Shown: positions 11,543 to 21,442 of the stretch, piece after piece
How the letters are laid out: each line of letters opens with the position of its first letter
Numbering within the stretch: position 1 is the first letter of the stretch
Source of the DNA: Deltaproteobacteria bacterium
Lineage (GTDB): Bacteria > JAGRBM01 > JAHCIT01
Length of the DNA: 64,000 nt
Direction of reading: 5' to 3'
Assembly: GCA_026129095.1 (NCBI GenBank)
Contig: JAHCIT010000002.1
Span: 124,001 to 188,000, forward strand
Notes under the pieces: generated by a model
Seen by the model: only the letters and a program-made list of their open reading frames with translations
The model's database searches: none
What the model was told of the DNA's origin: nothing
Program-made: the position numbers and the translations under genes

Positions 11543-12151
11543 TTACGCGAACCTGTTCACATAAGGCAGCTTCGCGGCTGTCTTGGCGGTCTCCTCTGTG
11601 CCTTCCAGCAGGAACCCGATGGGATCCCACTCGCCCCGCACCAGCGATTCGCGGGCGCCCGGCTTGATCTGGAGCGGGAACTTCTCCGCGCCGGCATGAA
11701 CCTCGCCAGCCTCGAGATCAATCGTAATCCCGACACCAGGATCATTCCCGATCATCCGGCCCAGCTTCTCGATATGAGCAATATCCAGGGAAACACAAGG
11801 CATCCCGAGCGTCGTGGCATTTCCAAAGAATATCTCCGCGAAATTCGCCGCGATCACGGCCCGGAACCCGTGCTTGCGGATCGCTTGGGGAGCGTGTTCA
11901 CGGGACGACCCGCATCCGAAGTTCCGGCCGGAAATGAGCACCGTCGCCCCTTCAAACCGGGCATCATTCAGCGGGTGGTCCTTCTTCCGGCCATCTTCAT
12001 GATGGCGAACATCATAGAAAAGATACTGCCCGAGTCCGTCAAAGGTGACGCACTTCATGAACCGGGCCGGGATGATCCGGTCGGTATCGATGTCGTCTCC
12101 CGGCACATAAACGCCGCGCCCTGTGATTTTTGTGACCTTCTCCAGTGACAT
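11543..12151 (-). CDS. leuD: 3-isopropylmalate dehydratase small subunit
   Basis: DIDTDRIIPARF, NFGCGSSREHAP, FAEIFFGN. Confidence 0.95.
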   Translation of the reverse strand: MSLEKVTKITGRGVYVPGDDIDTDRIIPARFMKCVTFDGLGQYLFYDVRHHEDGRKKDHPLNDARFEGATVLISGRNFGCGSSREHAPQAIRKHGFRAVIAANFAEIFFGNATTLGMPCVSLDIAHIEKLGRMIGNDPGVGITIDLEAGEVHAGAEKFPLQIKPGARESLVRGEWDPIGFLLEGTEETAKTAAKLPYVNRFA

Positions 12152-12197
12152 GATTTCGTGGTCCTCTTTCGTCTGCTGTTTTCCGGTCCGGCTTCGC

Positions 12198-13607
12198 TCA
12201 GATGCCGAACACCTCGCGCGCATCGGTGATCTGGCCCCGGATGGCGGCGGCTGCCACCATCACCGGACTCATCAGAACCGTACGGCCCGTGGGACTTCCC
12301 TGGCGACCCTTGAAGTTCCGGTTCGATGAAGACGCGCACAGTTCACGCCCGGACAGCTTGTCCGGATTCATGGCAAGACACATCGAGCAGCCGGGCTCGC
12401 GCCACTCGAAACCCGCTTCCTCAAACACCTTCGGCAACCCCTCGGCCTGTGCCGCCCGGTTCACTTCCATGGAGCCCGGCACGGCGAGCGCCCGGACACC
12501 GGGAGATACTTTCCGGCCCCTGATCAGTCTGGCCACCTCGCGAAAGTCACTGATACGGGCATTCGTGCAGCTCCCGATAAAGGCCACATTCACCTTGACG
12601 CCTTCGATCGGCTGGCCGCCCTCAAGCTGCATGTATTCCAGCGCCTCGCGGACCGAGGCCTTTTCCGCTTCGGAACCCGCCGCCTCGACGCTGGGCACTG
12701 TCTCCTTGACCGAAATTGCCTGTCCGGGATTGATGCCCCAGGTAACCGTAGGAGCAATATCAGCCGCGTTAAAGTCAACGACGTCGTCATAGGATGCGTC
12801 GCGGTCAGAGGCGAGCGACTTCCACCAGGCTACCGCCGCATCCCATGCCGCTCCGGCTGGCGCATATTTACGGCCCTTCAGGTAGTCGAACGTCTTCTGG
12901 TCGGGGTTCACGTAGCCCACCCGCGCACCGCCCTCGATCGACATGTTGCAGATCGTCATGCGCTCTTCCATCGACAGGCCATCAATGGTGGAACCGCCGT
13001 ACTCGTAGGCGTAGCCAGTACCGCCGTTCACGCCCAGCTTGCGGATGATGTGGAGAATGATGTCCTTGGCATATACGCCTGGACCCAGTTTCCCGTTCAC
13101 GTTGATCCGGCGGACTTTCAGCGGAGCCAAACTCAGCGTCTGTGTCGCCAGGACATCGCGGACCTGCGTCGTCCCGATGCCGAAGGCGATGGCGCCGAAC
13201 GCCCCGTGCGTGGAAGTGTGCGAATCGCCGCAGGCAATGGTCATGCCCGGCTGGGTCAGCCCCAGTTCCGGGCCAATGACATGGACAATCCCCTGCTGTC
13301 CGGATGTATCGTCAAAGAATGGAATCCCGAAGTCGTCGCATGCCTGCTTCAACGCGACGATCATTCCTTCGGCCAGCGAGTCCTTGTACGGGCGGGAACG
13401 GGTATCGGTCGGAATGATGTGATCCACGGTAGCGAAGGTGCGGTCCGGCATCGCCACCTTCAGCTTGAGATCGCGCATCATCCCGAATGCCTGCGGACTT
13501 GTGACCTCATGGATCAGATGAAGTCCGATGAACAGTTGCACCTGACCGCCCGGCAGCTCGCGGACGGCGTGCGCCTCCCACACTTTCTGAAACAGGTTTC
13601 TGCCCAT
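12198..13607 (-). CDS. leuC: 3-isopropylmalate dehydratase large subunit
   Basis: [47 protein letters not shown]. Confidence 0.97.
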   Translation of the reverse strand: MGRNLFQKVWEAHAVRELPGGQVQLFIGLHLIHEVTSPQAFGMMRDLKLKVAMPDRTFATVDHIIPTDTRSRPYKDSLAEGMIVALKQACDDFGIPFFDDTSGQQGIVHVIGPELGLTQPGMTIACGDSHTSTHGAFGAIAFGIGTTQVRDVLATQTLSLAPLKVRRINVNGKLGPGVYAKDIILHIIRKLGVNGGTGYAYEYGGSTIDGLSMEERMTICNMSIEGGARVGYVNPDQKTFDYLKGRKYAPAGAAWDAAVAWWKSLASDRDASYDDVVDFNAADIAPTVTWGINPGQAISVKETVPSVEAAGSEAEKASVREALEYMQLEGGQPIEGVKVNVAFIGSCTNARISDFREVARLIRGRKVSPGVRALAVPGSMEVNRAAQAEGLPKVFEEAGFEWREPGCSMCLAMNPDKLSGRELCASSSNRNFKGRQGSPTGRTVLMSPVMVAAAAIRGQITDAREVFGI

Positions 13608-13691
13608 AACGGTCTGCTCCCTGCGCATTGCGCCTCTGGATTATGCTCATCCCTGTCATTTAATTAAAATGAAAGTTTCTCTCCATTATGT

Positions 13692-13704
13692 TAAGAATAC
13701 CTTA
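13692..13704. promoter_or_regulatory. Putative LysR T-N11-A box between leuC and LysR gene
   Basis: TAAG-AATAC-CTTA dyad in AT-rich divergent intergenic region. Confidence 0.5.
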
Positions 13705-13707
13705 TAT

Positions 13708-14637
13708 ATGGACCCATCCCTCATACCGGCACTTCACGACGTTCTGGCTGTGGCCCGGCTCCGATCGGCCGGAGCGGCGGCCCGGCAGCAGCACAAGACG
13801 CCGTCTGCCATCAGCCAGCAGATACGGCGCGTGGAAACACACTTCGGCATCAGGCTCTTTGAGCGCGAAGGCCGGGGACTGAAACTTTCGCCCGCCGGGG
13901 AAAGCGCCCTGGCATCACTCACCCGGCTATTCGACGAAGCGGATGCCGCTTTCGGCGTTCTCTCCTCACTGGCCGGCACTCCAACAGTGACCGTCCGGAT
14001 CGCCATCAGCGATTACCTGGGAAATGCCCTTCTCGTACCGGTTCTCCGGCACATGAACCTGGCCCGGAGCCCCCTGCGGTTCGAAATCACCACCGCGCAT
14101 TCCCCCGAAGCCCTGAACCGGGTTTCGGCGGGCGAGGCGGATATCGCCATTGTAACGACAACTGCCGAACGGCCGGGACTTTCTTCCACGCTGCTGTTCA
14201 GCCAGCCGTTTTACTGGATTCTTTCCAGGACTGGCGGAACAGATATCGCCGCCAGACTCAGGACAGAACCCCTGCTCCGACTGGCACGTGGCAGCGTGGG
14301 CAGAACCGTTCTCGATCACCTGCTTGAATCGGAACGAATCGCACCGGTATCGACTGTCGACGTACCGAGTGTTTCCCTGCTTATTTCCTATGCAAGTGCA
14401 GGGGTCGGCCTTGGCATTGCTCCGGCGGTCGCCCTGTTCGAAACAGACTCCCGGAAGCTGAGCCTGATCAGGGCGGATACCCCTCCGTTACCGGTCCGGC
14501 TTGTTATTCGGGACCGGTACCAGCCAGTACGTGCGGTAGCGGACATGCTGGACTGTCTCCTTGATGAAGGGCGACGGGCATCCCGAACGGTAGGGAAGCT
14601 GGAAAAACCTTTCACGACAGGTGGCAGGAAGAAATAG
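13708..14637 (+). CDS. LysR-family transcriptional regulator, divergent from leuCD
   Basis: AAARQQHKTPSAISQQIRRVE..FGIRLFER HTH; substrate-binding domain. Confidence 0.92.
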   Translation: MDPSLIPALHDVLAVARLRSAGAAARQQHKTPSAISQQIRRVETHFGIRLFEREGRGLKLSPAGESALASLTRLFDEADAAFGVLSSLAGTPTVTVRIAISDYLGNALLVPVLRHMNLARSPLRFEITTAHSPEALNRVSAGEADIAIVTTTAERPGLSSTLLFSQPFYWILSRTGGTDIAARLRTEPLLRLARGSVGRTVLDHLLESERIAPVSTVDVPSVSLLISYASAGVGLGIAPAVALFETDSRKLSLIRADTPPLPVRLVIRDRYQPVRAVADMLDCLLDEGRRASRTVGKLEKPFTTGGRKK

Positions 14638-14658
14638 CGGGGATTCCGGACGGACAAA

Positions 14659-15225
14659 ATGCCAGAAGACACCCAGCAGGATTCACCCGAGCCGCAACGC
14701 AGGCGCCTGAGATCTGTCGTGGAGACGGCGCTATGGGTAGCGGCCATTGTCGCGGTCTACCTGTGGAGCCAGGGAAATATCGCACCCGCCGTCCAGGCCG
14801 GCGAGGAAGCACCGGACTTCTCGCTTGTCTCGACAGAGGGCCGCCCATACCGCCTTTCAGACTACCGGGGCCGGGTTGTCGTGCTGAACTTCTGGGCGAC
14901 CTGGTGCGGCCCTTGCCGTCAGGAACTGCCCACCCTGAGCAGCATGCACGTGGCAATGGAAAAGGACGGTATCATCGTGATGGCCGTCGCCCTGGATTCG
15001 GCGGCGGATGATGTCCGGCAGATGGCCGGCGAACTCAAGTTGCACATGCCGGTGCTTTTCAATGACGGCGAAACCGGCAAGAAGTTCGGCATCCGGGGGT
15101 TTCCGACCACGTTCATCATCGGTACGGATGGCCGGGTGAGCAAGGTTTTCACGGGCTATACGACCGAGTGGTCACTCAAGCGGGCAGTAAAAGCAGCTCT
15201 CGAAGCGCGGACCGGGAAGGCCTGA
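14659..15225 (+). CDS. TlpA/ResA-like thiol-disulfide oxidoreductase
   Basis: N-terminal TM; VVLNFWATWCGPCRQELP; FPTTFII. Confidence 0.93.
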   Translation: MPEDTQQDSPEPQRRRLRSVVETALWVAAIVAVYLWSQGNIAPAVQAGEEAPDFSLVSTEGRPYRLSDYRGRVVVLNFWATWCGPCRQELPTLSSMHVAMEKDGIIVMAVALDSAADDVRQMAGELKLHMPVLFNDGETGKKFGIRGFPTTFIIGTDGRVSKVFTGYTTEWSLKRAVKAALEARTGKA

Positions 15226-15232
15226 TCCCCTT

Positions 15233-15814
15233 TTATTGCGGCGCTTCGCCTTTCCGGATCCGCTCTGCCTCGGCAAGCATGTTCCTGAAAACATCGGCCT
15301 GCTCGCGGGCATCGTCCAGCGCGTTATGCGTATGCGGCTGCTGGCTCTGGATGCGCTTGGGAAGACGGCTCTTCTTGGTGTCGTCCCAGGTGGCTTCCTT
15401 TTGCGTGCTCCGGATGCCGAACCAGAACGCCTTGGCGTCCAGCGCCGTGTATCCAAAGGGACATCGCCCCAGGTATTTGAGAAAATAGTAGTTCACGAAC
15501 TGCCAGTCGAAAGGCGCGTTAAATGCCACCAGCAGCAGATCGTCATCCACGCTCCGGCGCCGGGCCAGAAGCCACTTTTCAAATGCCTCCATGGCGGCTG
15601 CGGGTTCCGTTCCCTCCTTCTCGAAATGCGAGAAGGGAACTCCCACAACTTTCATCGAGTCGGGATTCTGGAGCGGGCTTGCCGGCTTGAGCTCGATGTA
15701 GAACTCGTCGCCCGATTCTATCTCCACCGCACCGATGGAAAGGAGCGAGTAGTCCGGCGTGAAGGTGCCGGCGGCTTCGATATCCACGGAAATATAACGG
15801 TAGGCTTTAGGCAT
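15233..15814 (-). CDS. DEDDh 3'-5' exonuclease family protein
   Basis: SVDIEAAG, FNAPFDWQF, HTHNALDDA. Confidence 0.9.
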   Translation of the reverse strand: MPKAYRYISVDIEAAGTFTPDYSLLSIGAVEIESGDEFYIELKPASPLQNPDSMKVVGVPFSHFEKEGTEPAAAMEAFEKWLLARRRSVDDDLLLVAFNAPFDWQFVNYYFLKYLGRCPFGYTALDAKAFWFGIRSTQKEATWDDTKKSRLPKRIQSQQPHTHNALDDAREQADVFRNMLAEAERIRKGEAPQ

Positions 15815-15918
15815 GCCCGGCGGGTACTACCACAGAATACAATTCATTGCGCCGATGGCTTTTCATGTCGCACCAATAAGGATACGATTGTTCCTATACC
15901 GAGTCCTGGAGGACGGCC

Positions 15919-17019
15919 ATGTCCGAAGCACTTGAACCATCCCGCCCCGCCTCAATGATTATCCGGGGCATCGACCAGCTCATGCATGTGGCAGCCCTCC
16001 AGACAATCGGCCGGATGGGCCGAAGGCTTCCACCGGAAGAGAAAGTCCGGCTCATCCGCAACGTCCCGTATGTCAACGACGGCAAGCGGTCACATCTGCT
16101 CGACGTCTGGCTTCCGGCCCCCTACCCGGGCCTCAGCCCGATGGTGATCTACATCCACGGCGGCGGTTTCGCGGTAGGTTCCAAGGATACGCACCGGATC
16201 GCAGGCCGCCAGTTCGCCCGGCGGGGCTGCGTCACGTTCATGCTGAACTACCGGCTGGCCCCCAAGCACCCCTATCCCTCCAGCCTGGAGGACGTCTGCC
16301 GGGGCGTGATCTGGGCATGGGAACATGCCCATCACTATGGTGCTGATCCGTCGCGGGTCATCATTGCCGGTGAATCGGCGGGCGGGAATCTCACCACCAT
16401 GATGGCACTCATCAACAGCTTCAGGCGCCATGAGCCATTCGCCCGCGAGGTGTTCGACCGGAACATCCCGGTCAAAGGCGTCATCCCCTGGTGCGGATGG
16501 TACTATCTCAGCGACCATCAGGTGTATGCCGAGCATCGTGTCGTCCGGTATTTCCTGCCGCTGCTGAAATACCTCTCCAGCATCTATGCCGGTCTTCCTC
16601 CGGAAGCCGAATCGATCCGGATGGATCCCCTCACGCACCCGCTGGAAATCCTCGCCAGCAAGCGGGAACCGGACCGGCCGCTTCCGCCGTTCTTCATCCC
16701 GATCGGAACGAACGATCCGCTTTTCTTCGACTCCAAGCGGCTCCGCGACCTGCTGGTTGACCGGGATATTCCGGTCAAATGGAAGGTCTATCCGGGCGAA
16801 CACCACGGGTTCCATGTGATGCCATTCATGCCGCGGTTCCGCGAATGCTGGCACGATGTCAGCGAGTTTCTGGATGAACTGGGCGTCCGCGACAGCATCA
16901 AGCCCAATGCAGTCGCCGGTGCCACGGCAGCAGCCAGCCGAAAGCAGGGCAGCAAACACAGCCGGTCGCGCCGGAAAAGCCGGGGTGGACTGCTGGGCGA
17001 TTTCGTCTCACCGACCTGA
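15919..17019 (+). CDS. Alpha/beta hydrolase (HSL-type esterase)
   Basis: HGGGF, YRLAP, GESAGG, terminal HGF. Confidence 0.92.
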   Translation: MSEALEPSRPASMIIRGIDQLMHVAALQTIGRMGRRLPPEEKVRLIRNVPYVNDGKRSHLLDVWLPAPYPGLSPMVIYIHGGGFAVGSKDTHRIAGRQFARRGCVTFMLNYRLAPKHPYPSSLEDVCRGVIWAWEHAHHYGADPSRVIIAGESAGGNLTTMMALINSFRRHEPFAREVFDRNIPVKGVIPWCGWYYLSDHQVYAEHRVVRYFLPLLKYLSSIYAGLPPEAESIRMDPLTHPLEILASKREPDRPLPPFFIPIGTNDPLFFDSKRLRDLLVDRDIPVKWKVYPGEHHGFHVMPFMPRFRECWHDVSEFLDELGVRDSIKPNAVAGATAAASRKQGSKHSRSRRKSRGGLLGDFVSPT

Positions 17020-17021
17020 CG

Positions 17022-17744
17022 CTATCCCCTGAAGCGCAGTTCCACGCCGAACGAGAACCGGTAGCCCGAGAGATCCAGGCCGCGGCCGCCGAAATTGTCG
17101 ATCCAGTCGTATCTGGCGGCCCCAAACAGGTAGATATGCTCGAATCCGTCTGCCCGCAGGGACCGGCGGGCGCGCTGGTCAAGATCGATTACGTCAACAA
17201 ACAGTCCGGCACCGGCCCATGCGCCGAACTTCACGCCCGTGATGGAGCCGGTGTTTACGTGGCCAAAGTCATCGTGAAACACCGTCATCGCCGGGCCGCC
17301 TTCGGCAAAGGGAACCAGAAACTGGTCCCGCCAGAACTGGCCCCGGAGCCGGAGCCCCGCCTGCATGGGGAACAGGAACAGGCGCTCCTTGTTCAGGGTG
17401 CGAACCGTGGGATTCGATCCCGGCGCTCCAACCGGGATGCCATCGGGCTGACGGGTCGCCCAGGTGTTTGCAGACTGGAGGGCGAAACCGGCGGCAAACG
17501 TGCCGTCCACCCTGGGAAGAAGATTCACGCCGAACTGGAGAAATCCGCCGTGGGTGTTGTCGCCAAAAAACTTCCGGAAGTTGTCTTCACGCACACGAAG
17601 CAGCGTGTAGCCGGTCCCAAACCAGTACAACGCCTTTGACTCGGCCTGCGATTCGCCAAACACCTGAGCCGTGGCGGACGAAGGCCACGCAACAATCACC
17701 ATGGCAAAGACCAATGCGCCCATGAAGCCGAAACCGCGCATCAT
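17022..17744 (-). CDS. Outer-membrane beta-barrel protein (resembles myxobacterial MXAN_2562-type barrels)
   Basis: Signal peptide ..SSATA-Q, alternating amphipathic strands, C-terminal NFGGRGLDLSGYRFSFGVELRF; ATGA overlap with upstream gene. Confidence 0.75.
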   Translation of the reverse strand: MMRGFGFMGALVFAMVIVAWPSSATAQVFGESQAESKALYWFGTGYTLLRVREDNFRKFFGDNTHGGFLQFGVNLLPRVDGTFAAGFALQSANTWATRQPDGIPVGAPGSNPTVRTLNKERLFLFPMQAGLRLRGQFWRDQFLVPFAEGGPAMTVFHDDFGHVNTGSITGVKFGAWAGAGLFVDVIDLDQRARRSLRADGFEHIYLFGAARYDWIDNFGGRGLDLSGYRFSFGVELRFRG

Positions 17745-19993
17745 GAGCCGGGCCTTTTCCGCCACCGCCAGCCGGTTGCAAGCAAAATCATCGCCAGAAA
17801 CAGCGGGCGCGTGTAGTCAGCGGATCCGCTGGCCACCGGTCCAGATGACCCCATCGAACAGCCGTTTTCACCCAGAATGTCGAAAAGGCCGATGCCAGCG
17901 TCGGGCATCCCCTCCCCCTGGCTAGCGGTCTCGGAAATGTTGCGTGCGCGATCCAGCGAGTACACGTCGAATGTGTACGTTACGAGGTTGGTCAGCCCGC
18001 CAACCTGGAAACTCGAAGCACCGGCCGCCACTTCGATAAACCGGGATTCCGGGATAAACTGGTTCGGGCGCTCCGCAATAACCGTCTCGCTGCCTCCATC
18101 CCGGGTGGTCACCCGCCGCTCGGGATCTTCCGGTTCCGGATAACCCGCCGCGAAGCTCTCGATCGTCGTCCCATCATCCCGTTCCTCCAGCGTCTTGCGG
18201 AACACGACCCGGTACTCGCCCACACCGGACGATACTCCCGTTTCATTGTCACGCGGATCCACGCCGGGCGTGATACTGACAATCAGCACCCGGTCTGCAC
18301 CGCCAACCGATCTGACTGCCGGCGGTCCCGGCCGGAGGGAATCAACCGGCAGCCGGACCAGACGGCGTCCGTAGTTCCCCAGCGAATCACGGGCCTCGGC
18401 CAGAACCTGCACGATTTCATTGGCCCCCGGCGGAATAATCCCCTTTGTAATGAGTTCATTTGTCGTGACATTGAATGCCGGACTGAGTCCGTTGGTGGCG
18501 CTGCTGGCAGCAAGAGTTTCAAACAGGAGCGTATCATCAATCCGGCCCTTGGCGCGCACATTGGACGTGCTCTCGTCGGAAGCGAGCGTAATCCGGGTAG
18601 TCAGCACCGCGAGTCCTTCGGGATCCTCCGTGTTTCCGGACAGGGCTGCCGGTACGGCGGAGCCGGACTCGAAATAGGGATTGCTGGTAAAAACCGATAC
18701 CAGGCTGGCGCCGCCTCCGGCGCTATAGTTCGGCACGAACAGGTAACCCGCATCAAACCCCAGCTGGAGCGGAATCCCCGCCGACGCGATGGCCGTGGGC
18801 ACTGACGCGGCGCCAGCAATGGCGTACTCGATATTGTTCCCGGTGGCCGGTGTCTCCGGCGTATCAATACGAAGCGAGCAGTCGGGTGGAGCCGTGGCAT
18901 CACTGGAATCGATCGCCAGCAGCCGGATCATCTGCACACCAGATGCTCCACCCCGTGCATTCAGCACCGCCAGATAGGGATCTCCCGACGTGGCCGGATC
19001 AATGAAGGCATGAGCCGCCACATTGGATGTGGTCGAACCGGTCAGGGGAATGCTGTTCTGGTTGATACCGTTGACAGCGCAAAGGGGATTGATAACCACG
19101 GGCGAACCTGAATCCCAAATGGAGTCCGTCGTATCCAGCGCGAGAACACGGTGATTCTCGTCGTCCACATAAAGCAGCACGTCATCTTCGGACGGATGCG
19201 GAATGACCGCCCGGCCACGGCCGAGCGAGCCGATCACCAGACCGGTCCGGTTTACCGTGGTACCGTTGTCGGAGAGCCGCGTGACGACTCCGTTCTCGCA
19301 TCCGACGTAAGTGAAATCTCCCTGCCGTGTCATCGACAAAGGAACCTGGAGATTTGCCGGCGTGGCCGTATTTCCGCATACCCGCACGTCACCGCTGCCG
19401 GTAACCGAACCTTGAGTAAAGGAAATCCGGACCGGAATGCTCAGGCTGACATCGATCTTCGATACCGTCCCTTCGTAGTTGAGCACCCATAAACGGTTGC
19501 CTTCCACCAGCATGGAGATGGGCCTGGGCGTGGATGTGCTGCCGAACCGCCCGGAAGGGCCGCCACTGATGGTGGAGTGGGACTTCGGCTTCCCGTTGTC
19601 TGTGTCCAGCTCCAGAACCGTGATGGTCTGGTTGCCGTGATTGGCGACATAGGCCCGGTTGCCGCTGATGGTAATGGCGACCGGATCATTGACGTTACCG
19701 ATGGACTCGGAAGTGGTGGAATCTTTCCATTCGAACGTATCGAAAACGTACAACGCGCCGGGAGTGCCACGAAATGCCGCCAGCAGCCACCGTGCACCGG
19801 GTATCTGGGCAAGCGCGAATGGCTGGACAAGGCCGGCGGGGCCCGACAGGAATATTTTCTCTTTATCCGGAGCGGCACCTGCCACCCCGGCGGCAATCAG
19901 GACCGTCGCAATGGCAACCTGGACAGCAGGACTGAACCGTATGAATAGTGGTGGCAAGCGCATCAAACCTAGCGGCATCCGGAAAGGTTTCAA
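17741..19993 (-). CDS. Secreted beta-propeller/FN3-like protein with MYXO-CTERM-like C-terminal sorting signal
   Basis: Signal peptide; YVTN-like AYVANHGNQTITVL; FN3-like GLTNLVTYTFDVYSLDRARNIS; tail GCSMGSSG-linker-TM-WRWRKR. Confidence 0.75.
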   Translation of the reverse strand: MKPFRMPLGLMRLPPLFIRFSPAVQVAIATVLIAAGVAGAAPDKEKIFLSGPAGLVQPFALAQIPGARWLLAAFRGTPGALYVFDTFEWKDSTTSESIGNVNDPVAITISGNRAYVANHGNQTITVLELDTDNGKPKSHSTISGGPSGRFGSTSTPRPISMLVEGNRLWVLNYEGTVSKIDVSLSIPVRISFTQGSVTGSGDVRVCGNTATPANLQVPLSMTRQGDFTYVGCENGVVTRLSDNGTTVNRTGLVIGSLGRGRAVIPHPSEDDVLLYVDDENHRVLALDTTDSIWDSGSPVVINPLCAVNGINQNSIPLTGSTTSNVAAHAFIDPATSGDPYLAVLNARGGASGVQMIRLLAIDSSDATAPPDCSLRIDTPETPATGNNIEYAIAGAASVPTAIASAGIPLQLGFDAGYLFVPNYSAGGGASLVSVFTSNPYFESGSAVPAALSGNTEDPEGLAVLTTRITLASDESTSNVRAKGRIDDTLLFETLAASSATNGLSPAFNVTTNELITKGIIPPGANEIVQVLAEARDSLGNYGRRLVRLPVDSLRPGPPAVRSVGGADRVLIVSITPGVDPRDNETGVSSGVGEYRVVFRKTLEERDDGTTIESFAAGYPEPEDPERRVTTRDGGSETVIAERPNQFIPESRFIEVAAGASSFQVGGLTNLVTYTFDVYSLDRARNISETASQGEGMPDAGIGLFDILGENGCSMGSSGPVASGSADYTRPLFLAMILLATGWRWRKRPGS

Positions 19994-20113
19994 ATAGCAC
20001 CGGACGGCTTTAACCGCTTTTCATCCAGAGTTCACGGCCAGTTCAGTGCGAACCGGCCATCAAGGGGAGGTTCTCTGGTTATTCCGAGTTCCCTTCGTTT
20101 TCCTCCTCCAAAC

Positions 20114-20152
20114 GGTTCCCCCGCTCCCCAAGGGGAGCGGGGGAACCTCTTT
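20114..20152. terminator. Strong hairpin (perfect 16-bp inverted repeat), probable terminator
   Basis: GGTTCCCCCGCTCCCC-aa-GGGGAGCGGGGGAACC immediately past the sirC-like stop. Confidence 0.7.
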
Positions 20153-20155
20153 GGG

Positions 20156-20818
20156 CTAGCAGAGTCCCTTCAGGAGCCTGTCAACCGGAGCCGATGGCCC
20201 CAGCGCTGACCTGAGAATCCTTGCCGCCCCAGTCCGGCGGCGGCCAATCACTTCCTTTTCCAGACGCCGCGATACCAATGCCCGGAACGCAGCCGCGTTC
20301 TGCTCCTGCGCCAAACCCCGCCCGAGTTGCCACCGGCGGACCCGTTCAAGGAGCCTTACATACCGTTCAAATCCCTCGGGAAGAAGCTGCTCTATCTCCA
20401 CACGGATGCGCCGGGCGAGTGCCGGCGAGGCGCCCCCGGTCGAGAAGGCGATCTGGACCGGTCCGCGGACGACCGATGACGGGACGTGAAATGCGCTCGT
20501 TTCCGGATGCGTGGCGCTTTGTGCGGGGATGTTCCGCCGGGTTGCGGATTCCAGGATGACAGCATTCACGGCCAGATCGTCCGTGCAGGCGAAGGCAAGC
20601 CTGGTTCCGGCGAGATCAGCCGGACGGAAGCGCCTCTTGCGCCAGACGATCTTTCCACTCGTGGCCAGGGCCCGGAGCGGAACCGAAGCTTCCGGAGCGA
20701 CCAGCCGGACGTTAGCACCAGCCCTGACCAGCAGCCTCACCTTGCGGAGCGCTACCGGACCGCCGCCAGCGACCATTACCGGCCAGCCGTCAATCTGGAG
20801 AAAAACAGGATATAACAA
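20156..20818 (-). CDS. Precorrin-2 dehydrogenase/sirohydrochlorin ferrochelatase (SirC/CysG-N)
   Basis: YPVFLQ...VAGGGPVALRK...FACTDD..VN...IAFSTGGASPALARRIR; probable TTG start 20818. Confidence 0.9.
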   Translation of the reverse strand: MLYPVFLQIDGWPVMVAGGGPVALRKVRLLVRAGANVRLVAPEASVPLRALATSGKIVWRKRRFRPADLAGTRLAFACTDDLAVNAVILESATRRNIPAQSATHPETSAFHVPSSVVRGPVQIAFSTGGASPALARRIRVEIEQLLPEGFERYVRLLERVRRWQLGRGLAQEQNAAAFRALVSRRLEKEVIGRRRTGAARILRSALGPSAPVDRLLKGLC

Positions 20819-21022
20819 GCACTGTTCCCGTCCGGGTGTATTTGCAGTTCTTCCGGAACCGCCCAGCGGTACCGTCCCGCCTCTAACGGTCAATCTCCGT
20901 TGACACCTATTAAATAGTTCCCGGTTCACAACCAACGGGGCTTCCGTCACACAGGAAGCCTAAATCATGGAAAACAGGTAATAAAACCCATGTGACGAAC
21001 CACACACGGATGCGCTTCCGTG

Positions 21023-21039
21023 TTGGCACAGCGGGTGCA
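21023..21039 (+). promoter_or_regulatory. Putative sigma54 -24/-12 promoter
   Basis: TTGGCACAGCGGGTGCA: GG-N10-GC with TGGCAC. Confidence 0.6.
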
Positions 21040-21139
21040 ACCTGCAATTGAAGCTTCACATCGCCCGGCAACGCAGCGTGACCGAGATTACAGGATGCCG
21101 GGAAATGGCTGAAGACTTACCGAACGGGAGATTGCCATC

Positions 21140-21358
21140 ATGTCTACTGCAACGCTGGCGCTCAACGAACCACTCCGGCTGGCCGCCATGGCCGTGCTTA
21201 CCGGACGCGACAACCAGCATACACACCGCGTCATACGCGAGGCACGCCCCGCCGTGGAGAATCTCCGGACGAGGGATCCCGCAACCTATCAACTGGTCAA
21301 GAAAGCAATCATCGAGATGATCAAGCGGGGCGTGAAGCCGAAACGGCCCCGCTCCTGA
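21140..21358 (+). CDS. Small basic hypothetical protein (72 aa)
   Basis: GGGAGA RBS, upstream sigma54-like promoter, downstream hairpin; sits in otherwise empty gap. Confidence 0.7.
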   Translation: MSTATLALNEPLRLAAMAVLTGRDNQHTHRVIREARPAVENLRTRDPATYQLVKKAIIEMIKRGVKPKRPRS

Positions 21359-21397
21359 ACGGATACCGGTTCCTTCCTCGTTCCTCTTCTCTCGCCC

Positions 21398-21442
21398 CCG
21401 CCGGCCGTATCCCGTCAAGACGGGTGCGGCCGGCGGCCTTTT
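21398..21442 (+). terminator. Terminator hairpin between convergent genes
   Basis: CCGCCGGCCGTATCCCGT-caag-ACGGGTGCGGCCGGCGG then CCTTTT. Confidence 0.7.
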
